This document shows, piece by piece, positions 55,171 to 63,155 of a stretch of DNA of 64,000 nt; position 1 is the stretch's first letter; the number at the start of each line of letters is the position of its first letter. The notes beneath the pieces were generated by a model. The model saw nothing but the letters and a program-made list of their open reading frames with translations. It ran no database searches and was not told where the DNA came from. The position numbers and the translations under genes were made by a program. Source of the DNA: Verrucomicrobiales bacterium (GTDB taxonomy: Bacteria; Verrucomicrobiota; Verrucomicrobiia; Verrucomicrobiales; DEV007); the NCBI GenBank assembly GCA_024638765.1, contig JAHEJT010000004.1:174-64173 (forward strand), written 5' to 3'.

Positions 55171-56142
55171 TTAACGAATCACCCCCTCCACATCCAGGAT
55201 CTGGGAGTTCGGCACCGAATTTCCGAAGGTCTCGAATTGATCGAAGGTCCACACCACCTTCTTCGTCCTCGGCTCGATCTCCACCAGCAACGGATTCTCC
55301 GGCCCGGCGTGGCAATTCCCGATGACATAATTCCCATTGGGCAACACTTCGAGCGTCGTGACCCAGGCGAACTGAATCTCCTCCAGGTCGTCCTGGTGCA
55401 GCTCCCAGACGATCTCTTTTGCGGGCGTCACTTCGATGACACTGTGCCCGTTCCCCGTGGCAATGACGGTGTTTCCGGTGGGCAACCGCAGGGCGCTGAA
55501 GCACTGGTTGCCGAATCCCTCGACCCCATGCCCCTTGGCCGGTTCCTTTCCGAACATCGGCACCTCGTATTCCCAGACCACTTTACCGGTCTCGCCGTGG
55601 TATTCGCGCACCTTGCCGTCGCCCTCATGGCAAACCAGGTAATTCCCGTTGGCAATTTTTCTCACCAGGCGCGTGTCCCGGTGTGGGTGCGGATCATCGA
55701 TCACGAGCTTGATCGTCTTCTGAATCTCTCCCTCGCGATTGATCTCGATGATCCTGCCCGCGCCGCTCTCGGCGATCATGATGTGACCGTCCCCAAGGGG
55801 CTGAAAGGCGTGCACCTCGATCTTTTTTCCCTGGTTGCCGTTCATCGTGGCGCTGTCGTAACTCCAGACCACCTTTTTGGTCGCGGGATCGATCTCCACC
55901 ACCTTGCGCATTTTTTCCTGCACCATGATGTGCCCGTCCGGCAGGACGTGGATATCGTGAATGCCGCCCCAGGGCATCTCCCACTCGATCTTGCCGCCGG
56001 CATCGACAATCGCCAGCTTGCCGTTGCCGCCGGTGATGAGGCGGTGTCCGGCGGCAGCGGGAAGAATTCCCGTCAAAAGAAAAACGAGGATCAGCACCGG
56101 AGCCGGAAATCTGAAAAGGCGCGGCAACGAAAATACATGCAT
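55171..56142 (-). CDS. Secreted beta-propeller repeat protein (PQQ/BamB-like fold is a guess)
   Basis: ORF 55171..56538 trimmed to ATG 56142 (MHVFSLPRLFRFPAPVLILVFLLTGILPAAAG). Repeated blade-like segments (GKIEWEM, KKVVWSY, GKVVWEY, KEIVWEL, KKVVWTF). Confidence 0.65.
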   Translation of the reverse strand: MHVFSLPRLFRFPAPVLILVFLLTGILPAAAGHRLITGGNGKLAIVDAGGKIEWEMPWGGIHDIHVLPDGHIMVQEKMRKVVEIDPATKKVVWSYDSATMNGNQGKKIEVHAFQPLGDGHIMIAESGAGRIIEINREGEIQKTIKLVIDDPHPHRDTRLVRKIANGNYLVCHEGDGKVREYHGETGKVVWEYEVPMFGKEPAKGHGVEGFGNQCFSALRLPTGNTVIATGNGHSVIEVTPAKEIVWELHQDDLEEIQFAWVTTLEVLPNGNYVIGNCHAGPENPLLVEIEPRTKKVVWTFDQFETFGNSVPNSQILDVEGVIR

Positions 56143-56516
56143 GGGATCAGGCGGGGTTGGGATCTCGAGGGGCAGGGATGAATCCGGGTTTCCGCTTCTA
56201 CACATTCGCCTTCGAAATTCCAACGATTTAAGATTCCTGCTTCTCGACCACACACGCCCCCCTGGGGATCGGGAAAATCGAGCTGACGGACCACCGCGCG
56301 CTCCCCGGATTCCTCTGTGAAGCCCATGCGCTGGAAAGCCGAGGAGATCTCTCACCTGGGCAGCTGGCGGAATTTGACCAAATAAGCTCGGAAACAGGCA
56401 GTTCCCCCCGATAAGACCAATGCCGGGCCCAAAATTGAACGAATAATCATACTTGAAAAAATTGCGTCTTAATACCATACTTCGCCCCGGGACCCGGGGG
56501 AGGAATACCTCAGACT

Positions 56517-56532
56517 TGGCACATCCATTGCT
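56517..56532 (+). promoter_or_regulatory. Sigma54 (RpoN) -24/-12 promoter match, TGGCAC-N5-TTGCT, upstream of the porin gene
   Basis: cTTGGCACatccaTTGCTctg. The GG and GC are at canonical spacing, about 75 nt upstream of ATG 56606. Confidence 0.55.
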
Positions 56533-56605
56533 CTGCAATGGGCTGTCCAGCTTGGCTTGTCAGGGCCAGCCGGTTTCACACTCAATTAAATCAGAAAAAC
56601 ACATA

Positions 56606-57421
56606 ATGATTACAAGAACCCTAACTTCAGTGGCCGGCCTTGGTCTTGCTTCGCTCCTTTTTGTGAGCACTGCCTTCGCAGGCGAATCCGCCTCAACCAG
56701 CGGCTATGGAAAAGCCCCCGCCTACGGCACCGGCGCAGCCATGCCCGCAAGCACCGACTCCGATTTCCCGCTCTACGGCGGAGTATCGCTCGGCTACGAA
56801 ACCCACTACATGTTCCGTGGGGTCAACCTGGGAGAGAACGCTCCCTGGGGGGAGATTGACCTCAACTACGATCTCACCGAAACCCTGTCGCTGAACTTCG
56901 GGGCTTGGTACATCAATCCGACCAGCGATGTCGGGGGCATTAATCCCACCGATGAACTCGACGTCTACGGCTTCCTTATCTTTCCCATCGGAGACCTCAG
57001 CGTCAGCGTGGGCATGACCGCTTTCTTCTTCCCGGAGGTGGACGGGGACAGCCAGGAATACGGCATCGCACTCGGATACCCGATCGGTGACCTGTTTGAT
57101 CTCGGCTTCGAATATTGGGCAGATGCCAATGCCAAAGGCCCTGATGCCTTCGGACATTACTTCGAGTTGAACGGCTCCAAATCCATCGAGTTGAGCGATG
57201 TCATTGCTCTCAACCTTGGCACGGGTGTCGGCTTCGGCGAGAATTACTTCGGTGTCTCCGGTTGGAACCACGTCTTCGCTCTCGGGGGTTTGAGCTTTGC
57301 GCTCACGGACACCGCCGCGCTCGACCTTTACGTCGGTGGCAACTGGCCGGTCGGAGACCTCAAGGACTTCGGAGAAAAAGATCGCGTGCACGGTGGCGCC
57401 AGTATCTCCGTTTCCTTCTAA
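56606..57421 (+). CDS. Outer-membrane beta-barrel porin-like protein (TorF-type is a guess)
   Basis: ORF 56453..57421 trimmed to ATG 56606 (MITRTLTSVAGLGLASLLFVSTAFA). Alternating beta-strand pattern, YMFRGVNLG motif, C-terminal Phe (ISVSF). Confidence 0.65.
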   Translation: MITRTLTSVAGLGLASLLFVSTAFAGESASTSGYGKAPAYGTGAAMPASTDSDFPLYGGVSLGYETHYMFRGVNLGENAPWGEIDLNYDLTETLSLNFGAWYINPTSDVGGINPTDELDVYGFLIFPIGDLSVSVGMTAFFFPEVDGDSQEYGIALGYPIGDLFDLGFEYWADANAKGPDAFGHYFELNGSKSIELSDVIALNLGTGVGFGENYFGVSGWNHVFALGGLSFALTDTAALDLYVGGNWPVGDLKDFGEKDRVHGGASISVSF

Positions 57422-57462
57422 TTGATCTCAACTCACGGTTGTCGAGTAGACCTCTTATTCCA

Positions 57463-57496
57463 GCCCGTCCCGCCGCAAAGCGGGGCGGGCTTTTTT
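57463..57496 (+). terminator. Rho-independent terminator between convergent genes
   Basis: GCCCGTCCCGC-CGCAAA-GCGGGGCGGGC (11-bp stem with one G-U pair) followed by TTTTTT. Confidence 0.8.
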
Positions 57497-57547
57497 GTGC
57501 CGCGCCCGCATCACCGCCTCCGGCGCGGGCGATCCTCTCCGTTCAAC

Positions 57548-59824
57548 TTACTTACTCTTGCCCATCTGCCGTATCCACTCGGTGACCAATTCGAGCCCCT
57601 TCTCGTCCACCCGGTCGCTTCCGATCAAGGGCATCTTCCCTGGCCCGCGCGTCGCCATGCGCCGCCAGATCTCCGAGCGCTCCGGTTGTCCCGGCGCGAT
57701 GATCCGCGCATCCTCCACTCCCGGCAGCCCCACCACCGGCCTGGCGCCGACGGCTCCCGTCTCTTCCAGCGTCAACCAGCGCAGCAACTGAAATTCCGCC
57801 CGCCCGCCCAGGCCCGTCTCCCGGTGACAATGCGCGCAGTTGACATGCAGATACGTCCGCACCCGCTCGTCCAGCGAGGCGCTCTCATCGCACGGAGCCA
57901 CCGAGCGCGGCCATTCCCCACGCACCTTAGGCAGCTTCTTCCCCTTGAAAAAACCCAGGCTCGAAAACGTCTCCAACTGGTTTCCCTTGCTCCCTCCGAT
58001 CGCATGGTAGTCGAAATCCCGGTTCAGTTGCCCCATATTCATTCCCAGCACAAAAAAAGAACGGTGCGTGTGACAGGCTCCGCACTCGGCCCGGCTCATG
58101 AATCGCCATTCCCGGTCCCCGATCTTCCGCGTCTCCCCGGCCTCCGGGACCAGCACCGCATCCTCCTGATTCTCGCGCCACCGGTAAGTGTAAAAATGCC
58201 ATTCCTCCGCCTCATTGAAACTCACCTGCGTTTCCACCCGCCTCTTTCCCCCTCGCGCCTTTGCATCCGGAAGATAATACGTTTGCATAAAGGCGCTCCC
58301 GCCCAGGAAACGCCATCGATCGAGCCCCGCCGCGCGCGTGCCCGCCGCCTCGATATCGAAATCCGGCATTCCCGGCGGTTTTTTCTGCACCTGGATGGAG
58401 GCATCGGCCGGCATCGCAAAAAATCGCTCCCGCTCCATCCCGTCCCACCAGGCCGGCGCGTTGAGATCGTAGGGTATCACTCCCGATTCGATTCGATGCG
58501 CCGCGGTCGACGCAAAAAGACCGGTCTCACTCAAGAGACGCGGCACCGGGCGATAAACCTGTTGCTCAGATGGCCGCGCCAGCCGCAGGACCGGCCCGTC
58601 CAGCGGTAGCACGTAAACTTCGCCCTCGCCGTCCCCGGCAAAGGAAACCACCTGCAGCCCCGCATCGGCCAATCTTCGCGGCTCCCCCGGCGTATCGCCA
58701 TCCACGGGGACCGACCACACCTTCTTCGTGACGTAACAACCGTAAAGATAATGTCCGCGCAATTCCGGGAACTTTTCTCCCCGATAAAAAAAGCCCCCGA
58801 TCACCGAACGCATTTCCGTGTGGGGATGCTCGACCGCCGGAGGCGTCAGTCCCCGCACCGGTCCGCCCAGGCCCGTGCGCGTGCGAAACGGATGACTGCC
58901 TTCAAACGCGCTCCACCCACCGTTATCCCCGCGCCGGAGCCGGCGCACCATTTCCCAGTGCTCGTCCCCGTTGTCGCCCAACCAAATCTCTTCGTGGTCC
59001 GGACGAAAGGTCATTCTCCACGGATTACGCAATCCATACGCCCATACTTCCGGCCGCACACCGGGCATGCCGACGAACGGATTGTCATCGGGAATCCTAT
59101 ACGGCGTCGCTTTCCCCGCACGATCCACGTCGATGCGCAGAATCGAACCCAGCACATTATCGACCGTTTGTCCCACGTTCCCCGGGTCACCCGGCGATTC
59201 GCCATCCCCGGTCGACAGATAAAGAAAGCCGTCGGGACCGAACTTGAGATCGCCCCCGGCGTGGCCCCGGCCTCCCCATTCCAGGAGCACCTCCTCGGTT
59301 TCACGATCGGCGCGCGGTGGATCTCCGACGGACACTTGGAAACGCGAGAGCCGGTTAATGCGTTCTCCGTTATCAAAACGGGAATTGTAACTCACAAATA
59401 CCGTGGGGTCACGCGGGTAATCCCGGTGGAACGCCACCGCGATGATGCGAATAGGGAGCTTGTTAGGCGCTCTTGATCCCGTCGCTTCGCCTCCACCTAA
59501 GCCCAAAAACAGCACTCGCTCCGCCGCGTCCGGTGCGTTGACAAAGGTCCAGAGTTTTCCCGCGAGCTCCGCCAACAGGAATCGCACATTATCACCGGCT
59601 CCCGGCACGACCGCCAGGTAGATCGGGGCATCCATCTCCAGATCCGGAAACGCCTCCACGGTCACGAACGGAAGCGGCGCGTCCCCGGTGCCTTCGAGTT
59701 TTGATGAATCCCAACGCGGAAATTCCGTCAAACCGGAAGCGCCATGCACGCCGGAAATCGTCCCCAGCAATGCCAGCAAATTCGAAAGGAAACAAAGGAC
59801 CGGCCGCGGCCCGCGACAATTCAT
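57548..59824 (-). CDS. Soluble glucose/sorbosone-dehydrogenase-like beta-propeller fused to a C-terminal haem-binding region (two CXXCH)
   Basis: ORF 57548..59902 trimmed to ATG 59824 (MNCRGPRPVLCFLSNLLALLGTISGVHG). GLRNPWRM propeller motif. CGACHTH and CAHCHRE. Confidence 0.75.
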   Translation of the reverse strand: MNCRGPRPVLCFLSNLLALLGTISGVHGASGLTEFPRWDSSKLEGTGDAPLPFVTVEAFPDLEMDAPIYLAVVPGAGDNVRFLLAELAGKLWTFVNAPDAAERVLFLGLGGGEATGSRAPNKLPIRIIAVAFHRDYPRDPTVFVSYNSRFDNGERINRLSRFQVSVGDPPRADRETEEVLLEWGGRGHAGGDLKFGPDGFLYLSTGDGESPGDPGNVGQTVDNVLGSILRIDVDRAGKATPYRIPDDNPFVGMPGVRPEVWAYGLRNPWRMTFRPDHEEIWLGDNGDEHWEMVRRLRRGDNGGWSAFEGSHPFRTRTGLGGPVRGLTPPAVEHPHTEMRSVIGGFFYRGEKFPELRGHYLYGCYVTKKVWSVPVDGDTPGEPRRLADAGLQVVSFAGDGEGEVYVLPLDGPVLRLARPSEQQVYRPVPRLLSETGLFASTAAHRIESGVIPYDLNAPAWWDGMERERFFAMPADASIQVQKKPPGMPDFDIEAAGTRAAGLDRWRFLGGSAFMQTYYLPDAKARGGKRRVETQVSFNEAEEWHFYTYRWRENQEDAVLVPEAGETRKIGDREWRFMSRAECGACHTHRSFFVLGMNMGQLNRDFDYHAIGGSKGNQLETFSSLGFFKGKKLPKVRGEWPRSVAPCDESASLDERVRTYLHVNCAHCHRETGLGGRAEFQLLRWLTLEETGAVGARPVVGLPGVEDARIIAPGQPERSEIWRRMATRGPGKMPLIGSDRVDEKGLELVTEWIRQMGKSK

Positions 59825-59990
59825 CCACCCATTAAACGAGTCCGCGCCCCACGGCACAAGCGGAATGCAGCGCGTCTCGCCATGTCCGGAAAATGGTCTC
59901 AATCCACAATTCTAATGCTTGGCCTCGAAGCGCTCCCTGTTGTATACCGGAGATTCTTCTTCCCCTGAACACTCCTAAAGAAATCGAATC

Positions 59991-60899
59991 ATGACCGCTC
60001 ACAATTTCTCCCGCTTCCTCGGAACCGCCCTCCTGGCCGCCTTCTCTCTCATTCTCCTCAACCCGCCCGCCATCGCCGCGGAGAAATCCAAGAAAGCAGG
60101 CAAAGCTCCGCCGGCAAATCCGGCACCCAAAAAACATCCCACCGGTTACACCGACACGCCGTTCCTGCCCGGCGACAAATGGCGTGTCCACGACGACACC
60201 CGGCCCCGGCCCAAGGTGGTCACCCCCGGCCCGGGATACGGCGCCCCTCCCGCGGATGCCATCGTCCTCTTCGGCGGCACCGACCTCTCCCAGTGGCGGA
60301 AGTCCAACGAAGCCGCCAACGACTGGATCATCCGGGACGGGTACATGGAAGTCCCGCCATCAAAGAAAGATCCCAACAACCCGAAGAAAACCATCAAGGG
60401 CGATCTCTTCACCAAGAAAAAATTCGGCGACATCCAGCTGCACATCGAGTGGGCCGCGCCGGCGGAGGTCGTCGGCGATTCGCAGGGCCGCGGCAACAGT
60501 GGCGTCTTCTTTTGCGACGGCGTCTACGAACTGCAGGTCCTCGATTCCTACAACAACAAGTCCTACGCAGACGGCCAGGCTTCGGCCCTCTATGGCTGGA
60601 AGCCTCCCCTGGTGAACGCATCCCGCAAGCCCGGCGAGTGGCAGACCTACGATATTGTCTGGGAAGCGCCACGCTTCAAAAAAGACGGCAAGCTGGTCAA
60701 GAAAGCGCACATCACCGTCCTGCATAACGGCATCGTCACGCACAATCGCCAGGAATACATCGGCGCCACGGGGCACAAGAAAGTCGGCGAATACAAAGCC
60801 CATCCCCCAAGAGGCAGCCTCAAGCTCCAGGACCACAACAATCCCATGCGATTCCGCAATATCTGGGTGCGTGAACTCGATTTGAAGGCCAACGAGTGA
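59991..60899 (+). CDS. DUF1080 (PF06439, 3-keto-disaccharide hydrolase-like) jelly-roll protein, secreted
   Basis: Signal peptide, then GDIQLHIEWA, NSGVFF, YELQVLD, GEWQTYDI, LKLQDHNNPMRFRNIWVREL. Confidence 0.8.
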   Translation: MTAHNFSRFLGTALLAAFSLILLNPPAIAAEKSKKAGKAPPANPAPKKHPTGYTDTPFLPGDKWRVHDDTRPRPKVVTPGPGYGAPPADAIVLFGGTDLSQWRKSNEAANDWIIRDGYMEVPPSKKDPNNPKKTIKGDLFTKKKFGDIQLHIEWAAPAEVVGDSQGRGNSGVFFCDGVYELQVLDSYNNKSYADGQASALYGWKPPLVNASRKPGEWQTYDIVWEAPRFKKDGKLVKKAHITVLHNGIVTHNRQEYIGATGHKKVGEYKAHPPRGSLKLQDHNNPMRFRNIWVRELDLKANE

Positions 60900-61612
60900 G
60901 CGAAGGGCATAGTGACACAGGCGTCTCGCCTGTGTTTGGTGGCAGACACAGGCAGGATGCCTGTGCTGCATTAGCCTTCCTACTCATCGGAGCCGCCGCC
61001 CTATCGAGTGTCGCCGGCGACCACCCCTGGACCCCGCTCTTTGACGGGTGCACACTCAACGGCTGGCAAGGGCACCGCGGAGAAACCACCCATTGGATCG
61101 CCCGGGACGGCGTCCTCGCATGGACCGGCGGCGATGGCGCCCGGTTGCTCGCGACCGAGAAGGTGTTCTCGGACTTCGAACTTCATCTGGAATTCAAATA
61201 CGCCCCCGGAACCAACAGCGGCGTGTTCTTCCGCACCCCCCTCACTTCGGGAAGACCGGCCTTCGATGGAAATGAATTCCAGATCGTCGACGAAGCCGCC
61301 CCGGAATTCGCGGAGAAAATGACCGATGACCGCCGCATGGGCGCCCTCTACGCCGTCCAACCGCCCGCCCCCAGCGTCGAAGCGCCCCCCGGAAAATGGC
61401 ATCGCCTTCGCATCCGCTGTGAGGGCAGCCGTCTCCTCGTCCGGCTCAACGGCCAAACCATACTCGAGACTGATCTCTCTTCCTATCCCGCGAGTATTCA
61501 AGAGGAACATCCCGGTCTCTCCCGACGAAATGGGCATATTGCGCTGCAGAGCAAACCCGGCTCCAAGATAGAATTTCGCAACATCAAAGTGGCATCGGTG
61601 TCGAACCCATGA
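60896..61612 (+). CDS. Second DUF1080-family protein
   Basis: WTPLFDG..LNGW, FELHLEFKY, NSGVFFR, EFQIVD, GALYAV, GHIALQSKPGSKIEFRNIKV. GTG 60896 overlaps the upstream stop. In-frame GTG 60932 gives a cleaner signal peptide, MFGGRHRQDACAALAFLLIGAAALSSVAG. Confidence 0.75.
   Translation: MSEGHSDTGVSPVFGGRHRQDACAALAFLLIGAAALSSVAGDHPWTPLFDGCTLNGWQGHRGETTHWIARDGVLAWTGGDGARLLATEKVFSDFELHLEFKYAPGTNSGVFFRTPLTSGRPAFDGNEFQIVDEAAPEFAEKMTDDRRMGALYAVQPPAPSVEAPPGKWHRLRIRCEGSRLLVRLNGQTILETDLSSYPASIQEEHPGLSRRNGHIALQSKPGSKIEFRNIKVASVSNP
60915..60965. repeat. Two tandem REP-like hairpins: ACACAGGCG-TCT-CGCCTGTGT and CACAGGCA-GGA-TGCCTGTG
   Basis: 9-bp and 8-bp stems. The first shares TGACRCAGGCGTCTCGCCTGYG with 11368..11390. 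They overlap the 5' coding region of the next gene. Confidence 0.8.
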
Positions 61613-61629
61613 CTTTCAGCAATCTCGCC

Positions 61630-61650
61630 CCCTCTCCCCCGGGGAGAGGG
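61630..61650. repeat. GC-rich palindrome CCCTCTCCCC-C-GGGGAGAGGG downstream of the DUF1080 gene (REP-like / terminator hairpin)
   Basis: Read directly; followed by CTGGGGTGAGG. No T-tract. Confidence 0.6.
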
Positions 61651-61711
61651 CTGGGGTGAGGAGAAGCCGAATTGGGAAATGTCATTTGTCACCTAACCAT
61701 CCCGCCAACTC

Positions 61712-63088
61712 ATGCAAATCGAAAATCATAAATCGGAAATCGAAAATTCTCCGGCTCTCCCCCGCCGCGATTTCATGCGCGGCGCCGCCGCAGCGGCCGT
61801 CGGAGGCGCCCTCACGAAAGTCGCCATCCCCCGCGTCCACGCCGCCGGCAGCGACGAACTCAAAATCGCCCTCATCGGGTGCGGCGGCCGCGGCACCGGC
61901 GCCTGTGTCCAGGCCTTGAGCACCGATGGGCCCGTCAAACTCTGGGCCATGGCCGACGCCTTCCCGGACAGCCTCGAGAAGAGCCATCAAAATCTTCTCA
62001 AGGGCGCTTCCTTCAGCCGTTCGGAAGATGCCGGACCGCAGACCAGCAAGATGGACGTCCCGCCGGAACGCCGCTTCGTCGGCCTGGACGCTTACCGCAA
62101 AGTGATGGCGCTCGAGGAAATTGACGTCGTCCTCATCACCGGACCTCCCGGCTTCCGCCCGATCCATTTTGACGCTGCCGTCAAAGCCGGCAAACACGTC
62201 TTCATGGAAAAGCCCGTCGCCGTCGATGCGCCGGGCATTCGAAAAGTCCTCGCGACCGCCGCGAAAGCGAAAAAGAAAAACCTCAAGGTCGGCGTGGGCC
62301 TGCAGCGCCGTCACAGCCCCCTCTACCGCGAGTGGATCCAACGCGTCCAAGCAGGTGAAATCGGCCGCATCATTACAGAACGCATCTATTACCTCGGCCG
62401 CGGTGTCGGCAAGTATTACGCACGTAGTCCCGAGGATACAGAACTCGAATACCAGATCCGCAACTGGTATTACTTCACCTGGCTTAGCGGCGATCACATT
62501 GTCGAGCAGCAGATCCACCAGTTCGATGTGGCCTGCTGGATGAAAGACCAGTATCCCGTGTCCGCCCAGGGTCAAGGTGGCCGAGAAGTCCGCACCGGAA
62601 ATGATTACGGCCAGATTTACGATCATCACAACGTGGATTTTACTTTCGCTGACGGCACCCACCTCATTACCCAATGCCGCCACATTCCCGGCTGCTGGAA
62701 TCACCAGGGCGAATACGTCGATGGAAGCAAAGGCACCGGTGCAATGATCTCGAAACGGGCGGCAACTCTCCGCCTCTGGGAACAGGAACAACCGTTCTGG
62801 CGCGACACGCTCGAAGAAAATCCTTACCAGATCGAACACGACGACCTCTTTGCGGCGATCCGCAACGATAGGCCTTATAATGAAGCCGAATACGGCGCAA
62901 AAAGCAGCATGGCCGCCATTCTCGGGCGCATGGCCACTTACTCCGGGAAAGTTGTCACCTGGGATCAAGCCATAAATTCGGATGTGTCTCTCGGCACCGA
63001 CGCCGAGCGTTTCGACGCCCCCGCGCCCATCCAACCCGGCGATGGAGACTATTACCCCGTCGCAATCCCAGGATCTACGGAAGTGTGA
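61712..63088 (+). CDS. TAT-exported Gfo/Idh/MocA-family oxidoreductase
   Basis: RRDFMRGAAAAAVGG twin-arginine signal. Rossmann motif IALIGCGGRG. FMEKP. Confidence 0.85.
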   Translation: MQIENHKSEIENSPALPRRDFMRGAAAAAVGGALTKVAIPRVHAAGSDELKIALIGCGGRGTGACVQALSTDGPVKLWAMADAFPDSLEKSHQNLLKGASFSRSEDAGPQTSKMDVPPERRFVGLDAYRKVMALEEIDVVLITGPPGFRPIHFDAAVKAGKHVFMEKPVAVDAPGIRKVLATAAKAKKKNLKVGVGLQRRHSPLYREWIQRVQAGEIGRIITERIYYLGRGVGKYYARSPEDTELEYQIRNWYYFTWLSGDHIVEQQIHQFDVACWMKDQYPVSAQGQGGREVRTGNDYGQIYDHHNVDFTFADGTHLITQCRHIPGCWNHQGEYVDGSKGTGAMISKRAATLRLWEQEQPFWRDTLEENPYQIEHDDLFAAIRNDRPYNEAEYGAKSSMAAILGRMATYSGKVVTWDQAINSDVSLGTDAERFDAPAPIQPGDGDYYPVAIPGSTEV

Positions 63089-63155
63089 TCGACGGTCTCG
63101 TCCGCCTCCAGGTAGAGTCATCACTCATCCGCGCGACAAAGCCGCGCCCTGACAT

